A stretch of DNA of 64,000 bases, from contig JAIXTG010000114.1 in NCBI GenBank assembly GCA_027484285.1, positions 34,848 to 98,847 of the forward strand, in the 5' to 3' direction. The number at the start of each line of letters is the position of its first letter. Position 1 is the first letter of the stretch. The notes under the pieces were generated by a model, which saw nothing but the letters and a program-made list of their open reading frames with translations, had not been told where the DNA came from and did no database searches. This DNA is from Oxalobacteraceae bacterium. Lineage in GTDB: Bacteria; Pseudomonadota; Gammaproteobacteria; Burkholderiales; Burkholderiaceae_D. The position numbers and the translations under genes are program-made. Below are positions 47,669 through 56,615 of the stretch, one piece after another.

Positions 47669-49069
47669 ATGAAAACGTCTCTCTCCCGTCTCGTACAACG
47701 TGCCAAGCCCTACACGCTCAGCATCGCGCTCGCCTGCGCCGTCACCGCCGCGGCCGGCGTCGCGTGGGCGCAGACCCGCATCAACCCCACCGGCGTCGGC
47801 GTGAGCGGCAGCGTGATCGGCGACGACGTGCTCTACAGCATCGGCGGCGGCCGCGCCGTGTCCATGGGCGGCGCTGGGAACATGCAGAGCATCGGTGTGG
47901 GCATCGGCTGGAACAGCAACCTCATCTGCGGCGACATGAGCATCACGACGACGCTGCAGAACCAGTTGAACGGCATCACCAACGGCTTCCAGCAGATCAT
48001 GAGCAACGTGATCCAGAGCGCGACCAGCGCCGTCGCCTCGTTGCCGGCGCTGATCATCCAGCGTGCCGATCCGGGCCTCTACAACCTGCTGACCAACGGC
48101 GTGCTGCAGGCCCGGCTCGACTTCGACCGCAGCAAGCTGACGTGCAAGGCGATGGCCAACCGGATGGCGGACATGGCGGGCGGCCAGGCGGGCTGGGACC
48201 AGCTCGCCGAAGGTTTCGCGCTGCGCGATGCGGTGAGCAGCACCGATGCGGTCTCCGCCGTGGAGCAAGCCGAATCCAACAAGGGCAACAACGGCGTGCC
48301 CTGGGTCGGCGGCAGCAACGCGGGCGGTTCGGGACAGGGCTCGATCAAGGTGGTTGGCGACGTGACCCGCGCGGGCTACAACCTGCTGAACAGCCGCGGC
48401 GTCACGGACACCTCGTCCATCCCGCGCGCATCCTGCGGCAACCGGCTGACGTGCCAAACCTGGTCCTCGCCGCAGGCCGCCGCGGACTTCGCAACCCGTG
48501 TGCTCGGCGAGCGCGAGCAACGCACTTGCGAGACCTGCACCAAGACGCAGACCACACCCGGCGTCGGCCTGACGCCGGTGATCCAGGAAGAGTACGAGAC
48601 CAAGCTGCAGGCCCTGCAGGGCCTCGTGACGGGCTCGACGCCGATGACGGTGGCGAACCTCGAAGCCGCCGGCAGCAACTCGCTGCCGATCACCCGCGGC
48701 GTGATCGAGGCGCTGCGCGACGAGCCCGATCAAGACCTGCTCGGCAAGCGCCTGGCGTCCGAGGCCGCGCTGTCGAGCGTGCTGGAGAAGGCCTTGCTGT
48801 TGCAGCGCACGCTGCTGACCGGCAAGAAGGAGCCGAACGTCGCCGCCAACGAGCTGGCAGTGAAGGCGGTCGATCAGGAGAACAACGCGCTGGACCAGGA
48901 GATCAACAACCTCAAGACCGAGCTGGAGCTGCGGCGCACGCTGGCCGGCAATTCGGCGATGGCGATCGTGCAGCGGCACGGAACGCGCGCCGCCGGTTCA
49001 CGCGGGATCTTCGAGGGCGATACCACGCGCGACCGGCTCAAGGAAGTGCAGAAGCCGAGGAACAACTGA
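47669..49069 (+). CDS. TIGR03755-family ICE protein
   Basis: LYSIGGG, NLICG, ALIIQRADPGLY and ITRGVIEALR. Confidence 0.83.
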   Translation: MKTSLSRLVQRAKPYTLSIALACAVTAAAGVAWAQTRINPTGVGVSGSVIGDDVLYSIGGGRAVSMGGAGNMQSIGVGIGWNSNLICGDMSITTTLQNQLNGITNGFQQIMSNVIQSATSAVASLPALIIQRADPGLYNLLTNGVLQARLDFDRSKLTCKAMANRMADMAGGQAGWDQLAEGFALRDAVSSTDAVSAVEQAESNKGNNGVPWVGGSNAGGSGQGSIKVVGDVTRAGYNLLNSRGVTDTSSIPRASCGNRLTCQTWSSPQAAADFATRVLGEREQRTCETCTKTQTTPGVGLTPVIQEEYETKLQALQGLVTGSTPMTVANLEAAGSNSLPITRGVIEALRDEPDQDLLGKRLASEAALSSVLEKALLLQRTLLTGKKEPNVAANELAVKAVDQENNALDQEINNLKTELELRRTLAGNSAMAIVQRHGTRAAGSRGIFEGDTTRDRLKEVQKPRNN

Positions 49070-49428
49070 TGGTCACGCGCGCATGGACCTGGCTGCGGCC
49101 CGCCTGGTTGTTCAACCGGCGCGTGGCCGTCGCGCTGCTGTGGGTGCTGGCGGTTGCCGGCATTGCCGCGGGCGTGAACGTCGTCGGCCTGCGCGTCGTC
49201 GGCAGCATCGATGGCTGGGAGCGGTGGCTGCGCGAGCACTCGGCCCACTTCCTGATGTGGCGGCTGCTGGTCTACGCGGCCACGGCCTACGGCTGGTGGT
49301 GGATGCGTCGGCGCCTGCGCGAGCGCGAGCCTTCGCCCGAGGTGCACCAGCGCCTGCTGCGCGTCGAGATCGCGGCCGTCGTCACCCTCGTGCTGCTCGA
49401 AGGCAGCCAACTGCTGCGCAGCGGCTGA
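49069..49428 (+). CDS. ICE membrane hypothetical protein (119 aa)
   Basis: ATG overlaps the upstream TGA; three hydrophobic segments. Confidence 0.72.
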   Translation: MVTRAWTWLRPAWLFNRRVAVALLWVLAVAGIAAGVNVVGLRVVGSIDGWERWLREHSAHFLMWRLLVYAATAYGWWWMRRRLREREPSPEVHQRLLRVEIAAVVTLVLLEGSQLLRSG

Positions 49429-49452
49429 ACCGCCGAAGGCGAGGAGCACGCC

Positions 49453-50973
49453 ATGACCCTCTACACGACCGACTACCTGGAGTATTACCTGACGCTCGTC
49501 GGGTGGATCGTCAACAACGGCATCTGGAACATTCTCGTGGCCAGCGGCGTGTTTGCGCTGCCCTTCGTAGTGATCGTCGTGCAGGAGTGGCTGCGCGCAC
49601 GCGCCGAAGGCGCCGACGAGGGCAACAAGGGCGTGCTGTCCTCGATGCGCATTGAGAACCGCGTGTGGGTGGCGATCGTCGTCATCCTGTTCGCCGGCAT
49701 CCCCTTCATCCCGGTCGATCTCAGCACGATCAAGTTCGACACAACGCGCTCGGCGCAGTGCCAGGTCAGCGTCCCGCAGCCCAACGACACGGGCTGGTCG
49801 AACGCTTACACCACGCTGAACAACCAGAGCGCATTGGTGCCGGTGTGGTGGTTCTTTATGCACTCGATCTCGAAGGCGGTGACGGGCGGCGCGGTAGCGG
49901 CGATCCCCTGCGGCACGGACCTGCGGCAGATGCGCATGGACGTGGACGCCACGCGCATCGATGACCCGGTGCTGGCCCAGGAGGTCGGCGACTTCGTGCA
50001 CGACTGCTACGGGCCGTCGCGGGCCAAGCTGTTCATGAGCCGGCCCACGCTTTCCGACGAGCAGATGAACGACGTCACCTGGATCGGGTCGAGCTACTTC
50101 TTGGGCAACACGGGCTTCTACGACACGTACCACTCCAACACGCCCCGCACGGCCTGGCCCTACGACGCGACACGCGATGCGGGGCTGGCCCAGGTGGACA
50201 GCGGCGGGGGCTACCCCACATGCCGGCAGTGGTGGTCAGACGGCAACAGCGGCCTGCGCGCGCGCCTGCTGGCCCAGGTCGATCCGGACCTGTTGACGCG
50301 CATCGGCCGCTGGGCGGGCTTCCTGTCACAGGCGGAGATGAACGACTCGGTGATCCGGGCCGTGGTGTCGCCGCGGCAGCAGAAGATGAACCAGGGTTCG
50401 GTCTACACCGACTACGGCGGGCAGATCGAGAAGACGCTGCCCAACATCGTGACGCGCGGCGCCGGCGACCTCGGGATGACGATGGGCTCGCTCGGCTTCT
50501 TCCCGGCGATGGACGTAGTGCGCCAGGCGCTGCCGATGGTGCTGTCACTGCTCAAGATGGCGCTGGTCGTCTGCATCCCGCTGGTGCTGGTCTTCGGCAC
50601 CTACGAGCTGAAGGCGCTGGTCGCGGTGAGCTGTGTGCAATTCGCGCTGTTCTTCGTGGACTTCTGGTTCCAGCTCGCGCGCTGGCTCGACTCCACCATC
50701 CTCGATGCGCTCTACGGCTGGGGGTTCGGCGCAAACCGGCCACACAGCAACTTCGATCCGCTGATCGGGCTGAACAACGCCTTCGGAGACATGCTGCTGA
50801 ACTTCGTGATGGCGACGATGTTTCTTGTGCTTCCCAGCTTGTGGGTCACTGCACTCGGTTGGGTGGGCGTTCGCGTGGGCGGCGCGCTTCAGGGCTTGGC
50901 CAACGGGACCAGGGAAGCCGGTCAAGCAGGCAGCAGGGGTTCAAACATGCTGATCAGCGCCGCCAAGAAGTAG
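49453..50973 (+). CDS. traG: TraG N-terminal-domain mating-pair stabilisation protein
   Basis: TTDYLEYYLTLVGWI, LVPVWW, CRQWW and FWFQLARWLD. Confidence 0.85.
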   Translation: MTLYTTDYLEYYLTLVGWIVNNGIWNILVASGVFALPFVVIVVQEWLRARAEGADEGNKGVLSSMRIENRVWVAIVVILFAGIPFIPVDLSTIKFDTTRSAQCQVSVPQPNDTGWSNAYTTLNNQSALVPVWWFFMHSISKAVTGGAVAAIPCGTDLRQMRMDVDATRIDDPVLAQEVGDFVHDCYGPSRAKLFMSRPTLSDEQMNDVTWIGSSYFLGNTGFYDTYHSNTPRTAWPYDATRDAGLAQVDSGGGYPTCRQWWSDGNSGLRARLLAQVDPDLLTRIGRWAGFLSQAEMNDSVIRAVVSPRQQKMNQGSVYTDYGGQIEKTLPNIVTRGAGDLGMTMGSLGFFPAMDVVRQALPMVLSLLKMALVVCIPLVLVFGTYELKALVAVSCVQFALFFVDFWFQLARWLDSTILDALYGWGFGANRPHSNFDPLIGLNNAFGDMLLNFVMATMFLVLPSLWVTALGWVGVRVGGALQGLANGTREAGQAGSRGSNMLISAAKK

Positions 50974-50992
50974 CTCGGGCCACGGATCTGCA

Positions 50993-51367
50993 TCAGTCGT
51001 CTTTGAATCGAGGGTCTGGATCATCGTCGTAAGACGCCGGGTGATAGAACAGGCCCTGACGGTGATCGACTTCCTCCGCTTTACGACCGAGAAAGTCAGA
51101 ATCATCTTCGTCGTGGTCTGGTCGCGCCATCCACGCTACGGCCGCCAGACCAAGGATTAGCAGGGCCAGCCAGAACGCGCTGTAGAGCAACACAGCAAGG
51201 ACAGCGAGCTTGACGACCAGCAACACGGTCTTGGCAGCGCCAGGCGCCCATCCGCGAGAGAGCAGCCAACCATTGGCCCGCCGATCTAGACGCGCACAGC
51301 CTCGCCAGGCCCGACCCAGCGTGTGGCCGAGGCGTTCTGCGAAGGTGGTCTGTGCGGCGGTCTTCAC
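50993..51367 (-). CDS. DUF3742-family membrane protein
   Basis: AERLGHTLGRAWRG plus a TM helix. GAGG RBS before GTG 51367; an upstream ATG at 51430 is an alternative start. Confidence 0.7.
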   Translation of the reverse strand: MKTAAQTTFAERLGHTLGRAWRGCARLDRRANGWLLSRGWAPGAAKTVLLVVKLAVLAVLLYSAFWLALLILGLAAVAWMARPDHDEDDSDFLGRKAEEVDHRQGLFYHPASYDDDPDPRFKDD

Positions 51368-51476
51368 GGTGGCTACCTCATGGTCGTCCTGTGCGCTGCT
51401 CGTTTGATTGAATCCTGCATGGGTTTTCAAATCATGGTGGAAATTATGTGCAATATCTAATCATGCCAAACGCCAA

Positions 51477-53192
51477 CCTGAATCCGTGGCCCCACCTCGT
51501 AGAACAGCACACCCTGCGGGTGAGCTGCGCAGGAGTTGAGTCCGGGATTGAGGTTGGGATTGCCGGGGTCGCCCGACAATTGGGCGATGCGCCGAATCGA
51601 AGTCAAGCAACTGGATTACGACCTGACGCCCGTTGGCGGGCTGGCCTTGGTGGGCCACTACCTGAAGGCGCTGGGGCCGCAGTGGACGGCGCTGGAGCGG
51701 GCGCTGCCGGTGCGCGCCGGCGTGAGCAACAGCGACGTGTTGCGCAGCTACCTGGGGCTGCTGGCGCAGGGCAAGAGCGACTTCGACGCGGTGGAGAACT
51801 ACCGGGGTGACAAGTTTTTCAAGGAATCGCTGGGCATAGGGCTGCTGCCGTCGAGCCCAACGCTGCGCCAGCGCCTGGACGGGCAAGCCCAGGCCTTGTT
51901 CGAGCATGTGCCCGGGATGATTGAGCGGCTGCTGGGCAGCCAGCGGCCCGACTACGGCGTGCTGCCCTGCGGCTGGTTGCCGCTGGACGTGGACACCTTC
52001 GCGATGGACAACGGCGGCACGCGCAAGGAAGGCGTGGGGCGCACCTACGCCGGGGTGGACGGCTACTGCCCGCTGGCGGCCTATCTGGGCGCACACGGCT
52101 TCTGCCTGGAATTGGCGCTGCGCCCTGGCGTGCAGCACTCGGCGCGTGAGACCGACTTCAACCTCGAACGAGTGATCCCGATGGCCCAGCGCCTGAGCGC
52201 GGGCGGACCGAAGGCGCCGATCCTGGCGCGGCTGGACGCCGGCTTCGACTCGGTCGCGCTGATGCGCAGCATCGAGGCCTGCAACCAGGCCGGGCAGCCG
52301 CAGGTGGACTGGCTGATCAAGTGGAACCCACGCAGCGTGGACCGCGCCGCGCTGCTGGCGCGGCTGGACGTCGACGCCAACACCCAGTGGCACCAGCCGC
52401 GCGAAGGCAAGCGCGTGACGGTGTGGGAAGAGGCCCTGCAGATCGAAGACATCAGCCGACCACTGCGTCGCGTGCTCAGGCTGGTCGAGCGCACCATTGA
52501 CCGACACGGCCAACAGTTGATCGTTCCCGAGATCGACCTCGAAGGCTGGAGCACCAGCCTGAGTGCAGAGCCGTTCAACGCCGAGAAGATCATCGCGCTG
52601 TACGCCGACCACGGCACACACGAGCAGTTCCACGCCGAGTTCAAGACCGACCTGGACCTGGAGCGGCTGCCTTCGGGCAAGTTCGACACCAACTACCTTG
52701 TGTGCCAGCTCGCGGCGCTGGCGATGGACATCCTGCGCCTGATGGGCCAGCGCGGCCTGCTGGGGCCGGATGCACCGGTGCGCCACGCGGCCAAACGCAG
52801 GCGCATCAAGACGGTGATACAGGAGTTGATCTACCGCGCAGGCCGGATCATCGAGAGCGGGCGCAGACTGATCCTGGGACTGGGCGCCAACGACCGGGCG
52901 GCCCAGGCATTCGAGCGGCTCAACGGCGAGCTGTTTGCTGCAGCCTGCGGCTGAAGCGAAGAGGCCTGGTGCCAGGCGAGCCCACTCACGGATCCCGAAA
53001 TACGCGCACCGCGCACGTTGCGGCGTGGTCGATGCAGCGGGAACAGCGGCCAGACCCGCATCCGACGCGCCGCGCACGCAACTAAACGCCACGAGGCGAC
53101 CGAATTGAGCACCGTCGGCGTGGAAAACAACGCTGTTCATGGCCGGCGTACGACGAACTCGCTCAGGCGGGTATCGGGGTCACGGATTCAGG
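51477..53192 (+). mobile_element. IS1380-family insertion sequence (1716 bp)
   Basis: TIRs CCTGAATCCGTG(G/A)CCCC, 16/17 match (51477-51493 and 53176-53192); 5-bp target duplication GCCAA (51472-51476 and 53193-53197). Confidence 0.9.
51587..52954 (+). CDS. IS1380-family DDE transposase
   Basis: LTPVGGLAL, PSSPTLRQRL, LDVDT, YCPL, RLDAGFD and HGTHEQFHAEFK. Confidence 0.9.
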   Translation: MRRIEVKQLDYDLTPVGGLALVGHYLKALGPQWTALERALPVRAGVSNSDVLRSYLGLLAQGKSDFDAVENYRGDKFFKESLGIGLLPSSPTLRQRLDGQAQALFEHVPGMIERLLGSQRPDYGVLPCGWLPLDVDTFAMDNGGTRKEGVGRTYAGVDGYCPLAAYLGAHGFCLELALRPGVQHSARETDFNLERVIPMAQRLSAGGPKAPILARLDAGFDSVALMRSIEACNQAGQPQVDWLIKWNPRSVDRAALLARLDVDANTQWHQPREGKRVTVWEEALQIEDISRPLRRVLRLVERTIDRHGQQLIVPEIDLEGWSTSLSAEPFNAEKIIALYADHGTHEQFHAEFKTDLDLERLPSGKFDTNYLVCQLAALAMDILRLMGQRGLLGPDAPVRHAAKRRRIKTVIQELIYRAGRIIESGRRLILGLGANDRAAQAFERLNGELFAAACG

Positions 53193-53210
53193 GCCAAGGC
53201 AAGCGGCGTG

Positions 53211-53675
53211 TCAGCCTTTGTGCTGGCCCAGCCAATCGGCTTTGCTCGCTGCCACCAGCGCCGCCCAATCGTCCGGCGGGTTGCCGCGTCCCAGCATCTT
53301 CTCGAACACGGCGTAGGGGTCGGACTTGCTGCCCGCCGACCGCAAGGTCTGCTCGTCGTTGACCCAGGCGTACACGATGACCTTCGCCTTCGAGTCGTAG
53401 CGGAAGAACAGCCGATACCGTCGTCCGAGCTTGGCTCGCCGCCAGTGGCGATAGTCCGGTCCCATGGTGTTGCCCTGACGATACTCGTCGCGTGCCGGAT
53501 CGCTCGGCACCACGTCTTGCATCAATTGCACCAAGGCCCGGAAGAACTTGACGTTGGCGTTGGACGCAAAGCCTTCCGAGTCGTTCTCTTGCGCACGCAG
53601 CACGGCTGCGCGCAGCTTCATCAACTGCTCGATCAGGTTATCGTGAAACAGCAGCGTCCAGCCATGCTGCTGCAT
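53211..53675 (-). CDS. yhaV: YhaV-family type II toxin (RelE-like RNase)
   Basis: YRQGNTMG...WRRAK...RYRLFFRYDS...AWVNDEQTLR...DPYAVF. Confidence 0.85.
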   Translation of the reverse strand: MQQHGWTLLFHDNLIEQLMKLRAAVLRAQENDSEGFASNANVKFFRALVQLMQDVVPSDPARDEYRQGNTMGPDYRHWRRAKLGRRYRLFFRYDSKAKVIVYAWVNDEQTLRSAGSKSDPYAVFEKMLGRGNPPDDWAALVAASKADWLGQHKG

Positions 53676-53992
53676 CAGATTTCCACGTCCTCATCGAAGT
53701 CATCGCCCAAGACAACCTTGTGGCCTGCATGCTCCAGCATCGTGCGAGCCAAATCTTCGGGCAGGCCGCGGATGTTCCGGCCAGCCTCGATGTCGTGAGC
53801 CAGCAGGGTCAGGAACGCGGCGATGGCAGGGTCTTCATGCTCGGCATCGGCACGGGTCACGACCACTTCGCCGCCGCGAAGGTCGAACGCCACCTTGCCG
53901 CCGGTGTCCACGCCCAGCACCTGCCGGATGGACTTGGGCAGCGTGATCTGACCCTTGGAGGTCAGCGTCGCGACTTCGTGGATTTCGGGCAT
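53675..53992 (-). CDS. prlF: PrlF/AbrB-family antitoxin
   Basis: ATLTSKGQITLPKSIRQVLG; translationally coupled to the toxin. Confidence 0.85.
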   Translation of the reverse strand: MPEIHEVATLTSKGQITLPKSIRQVLGVDTGGKVAFDLRGGEVVVTRADAEHEDPAIAAFLTLLAHDIEAGRNIRGLPEDLARTMLEHAGHKVVLGDDFDEDVEI

Positions 53993-54022
53993 GGCGGCAC
54001 TCCTGATGGCAATGCCTGGATG

Positions 54023-54040
54023 GTAAGGAAGTTTCCTTAC
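54023..54040. promoter_or_regulatory. TA operator palindrome
   Basis: GTAAGGAA-GT-TTCCTTAC, about 30 bp upstream of the antitoxin start. Confidence 0.7.
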
Positions 54041-54099
54041 GCTGTCAATGTGAGGGCGCATAGTGCTGTTTCCGGGTGTATGAATCCAGCTCCATCGTA

Positions 54100-54306
54100 G
54101 GGACGGCACAGCCAGCCTTCCCGCATCAATCCGCCTTGGGCCAGGCCCGCATTGGTTGTGGCTGGCTCGCCTCGGTTGCCCTATATCCAAAGGCTTCCAA
54201 AAGGCCAAAGGGCTGGGGAAGGGGCAAGGGAATGGGGCCAAGGGGAATGGCCCTACCCGAAAAGGCCAAAAGGCTCTCCCGACCCGCCCGCCGTCCGGGG
54301 TTCGCC
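54100..54306. other. Putative oriT region upstream of the relaxase
   Basis: Non-coding; repeated AAAAGGC (54199, 54260, 54268) and G-tracts. ICEclc oriT1 lies 5' of traI. Confidence 0.5.
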
Positions 54307-56163
54307 ATGCTCTCGCTGTTCCAACGCAAACGGCCGCCGTCTACCTCTGGCGCCGCGCCGACACCCACACCTCCCGCCAATCCCGGCAAAGGGCTGATGC
54401 GGCCGGAGCCGGCCGCATCGCTGCTGGCGACACCACGCCGGCAGCGGCTGCTGGAACACATCTGGCAGCGCACCTCGCTATCGCGCCGCCAGTTCGCCAC
54501 GCTGTATCTCGGCCCGCTGGAGCGCTACGCCGAACTGGTCCAGCAGTTCCCGGCGTCCGAATCGCATCACCATGCCTATCCGGGTGGCATGCTGGACCAT
54601 GGCCTAGAGATCGTCGCCTACGCCCTGAAGCTGCGGCAGTCGCACCTGCTGCCCGCCGGCACCACGCCGGAGGCACAAGCGGCCCAGGCCGAAGCCTGGA
54701 CGGCCGGCACCGCCTATGCGGCGCTGTTGCACGACGTTGGCAAGGTCGCCGTCGATCTGCACGTGGAGTATGCGGACGGCACGGTCTGGCATCCCTGGCA
54801 CGGCCCGCTGCGGCGGCCGTACCGCTTCCGCTATCGCAAGGAGCGCGAGTACCGGCTGCACAGCGCCGCCACCGGACTGCTCTACGCCCGGCTGCTCGAT
54901 CCAGGCATCTTCGACTGGCTCGCCGACTACCCCGACCTGTGGGCCGCGCTCCTGTACGTGCTGGCCGGCCAGTACGAGCACGCTGGCACGCTCGGCGAGT
55001 TGGTCGTGCAGGCCGACCAGGCCTCGGTAGCCCAGGAACTCGGCGGCGATCCCAGCAAGGCACTGGCGGCACCCAAGCACGCCCTGCAGCGCAAGCTGCT
55101 CGATGGCCTGCGCTTCCTGCTGCGCGAGGAATTCAAGCTGAACCAGCCCCAGGCTTCGGACGGCTGGCTGACCCAGGATGCATTGTGGCTGGTGAGCAAG
55201 ACCGTCTCGGACAAGCTGCGCGCTCATCTGCTGCAGCAAGGCATCGACGGCATCCCGGTCAGCAACACGGCGGTGTTCAACGTGTTGCAGGACCACGGCA
55301 TCGCTTTGCCCACGCCGGACGGCAAGGCGATCTGGAAGGCCACGGTCGCGAGTGATGCCGGCTGGTCGCACAGCTTCACGTTCCTGAAGCTCTCGCCCGC
55401 GCTGATTTGGGAGGCGACCGAGCGTCCCGAGCCCTTCGCAGGACAGGTGCGGGTCGAACAAGAACAGGGCGAACCGGCGCAGCAGAGTCCCGCGCCCGGT
55501 ACGCCCTACGTTGCGCAAGGACCGGCGCTGGCAAGCACGGCGCCGCTTGCGCCCGCGGACAACGGCGTCGGTGCGCTGCTCGATCTGCTGGACGCGATAC
55601 CCGCCGCCTCGGTGCTACCGAGCGTGCCCGAGTTGGCGGCCGACACCGAGGACGAAGCTGTCGTTGCTGCGGTAGCCCCCACAGCTTCGGTCGCGCCCGT
55701 CGCGCAGCCCCAGCGCCGGGCCGAGCCTCCCAGCGAGGACTTCATGGCCTGGCTGACTCAGGGCGTGCAGACCCACAAGCTCATCATCAACGATGCCAAG
55801 GCCCTGGTGCATACCGTCGTCGGCACGGCCTACTTGGTCAGCCCCGGCGTCTTCCAGCGCTACGCGCAGGAACATCCGCACGTTGCGACCGTCGCCCGGC
55901 AGGAGAAGCTGGAGGCATGGCAGTGGGTGCAGAAGCGCTTCGAGAAGCTGGGGCAGCACCGCAAGCAGGCTAGCGGACTCAACATCTGGGCTTGCGAGGT
56001 CACGGGGCCGCGCAAGACTCGGCGGCTACACGGCTACCTGCTGGCCAACCCCGGCGCACTGTTCGGGGAAATACCGCCTGACAACCCATATCTAAGCCTC
56101 GCCAGCGAAGCCCCGAAGCGCAAAAATTCCCCAGGTAAGCGCGATACCGATAGCGAGCAGTAG
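54307..56163 (+). CDS. traI: MOBH-family relaxase (TraI_2, HD domain)
   Basis: HHHAYPGGMLDHGLE and LLHDVGK; PFGI-type C-terminal domain. Confidence 0.93.
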   Translation: MLSLFQRKRPPSTSGAAPTPTPPANPGKGLMRPEPAASLLATPRRQRLLEHIWQRTSLSRRQFATLYLGPLERYAELVQQFPASESHHHAYPGGMLDHGLEIVAYALKLRQSHLLPAGTTPEAQAAQAEAWTAGTAYAALLHDVGKVAVDLHVEYADGTVWHPWHGPLRRPYRFRYRKEREYRLHSAATGLLYARLLDPGIFDWLADYPDLWAALLYVLAGQYEHAGTLGELVVQADQASVAQELGGDPSKALAAPKHALQRKLLDGLRFLLREEFKLNQPQASDGWLTQDALWLVSKTVSDKLRAHLLQQGIDGIPVSNTAVFNVLQDHGIALPTPDGKAIWKATVASDAGWSHSFTFLKLSPALIWEATERPEPFAGQVRVEQEQGEPAQQSPAPGTPYVAQGPALASTAPLAPADNGVGALLDLLDAIPAASVLPSVPELAADTEDEAVVAAVAPTASVAPVAQPQRRAEPPSEDFMAWLTQGVQTHKLIINDAKALVHTVVGTAYLVSPGVFQRYAQEHPHVATVARQEKLEAWQWVQKRFEKLGQHRKQASGLNIWACEVTGPRKTRRLHGYLLANPGALFGEIPPDNPYLSLASEAPKRKNSPGKRDTDSEQ

Positions 56164-56194
56164 GGATAGGGCACGGCCGCGCGTCGGGCCGACT

Positions 56195-56497
56195 TCAATC
56201 CTCGGACTTGGAAGCCGGTTCGGCCAGCTTGGCCTCGGTCAAGGCCATCAAGTGGGCAGAACTGCACTTCAGCGCGCGGGCGATCTTGAGGATCAGGGGG
56301 AGTGTGGGGACATGCTCGCCGCGCTCGATCTTTCCCATGTGCGAGCGTTCGATGCCGGCCATGTGAGCCAGCGTTTCCTGGGCGATGCCCTGGCTGGTTC
56401 TCTCATGGCGAACGGCGGCCCCAAACGCGATGGCAGGTTCTGCTTCGTAGGTGGTCGTGCCGCTCGGTCGGCCTCTCTGAATCGGACGCTTCTGCAT
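56195..56497 (-). CDS. XRE-family HTH regulator
   Basis: FGAAVRHERTSQGIAQETLAHMAGIERSHMGKIERG. Confidence 0.88.
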   Translation of the reverse strand: MQKRPIQRGRPSGTTTYEAEPAIAFGAAVRHERTSQGIAQETLAHMAGIERSHMGKIERGEHVPTLPLILKIARALKCSSAHLMALTEAKLAEPASKSED

Positions 56498-56615
56498 TAG
56501 CAAAAGCGTCGGGCATGGCTCCGATATAAACCACGTTAAACTTAACTCAGATGGACGGCTGCACGGTTCATGCTTTCGTCGCCACCAGCTTTCTACCCTG
56601 GGAGGATGCAGCTCC

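Larger units (their letters stand above)
5093..56163. mobile_element. PFGI-1/ICEclc-class integrative conjugative element backbone; true att boundaries not in view
   Basis: Complete conserved gene order from the bisR/alpA/parA block through the PFGI T4SS genes to the MOBH relaxase. Confidence 0.93.

Noticed and set aside
52981-53000. Internal TCACGGATCC as an alternative IS1380 right end
   Set aside because: Only a partial IR match with no flanking GCCAA. The end at 53192 has the full IR and the TSD.
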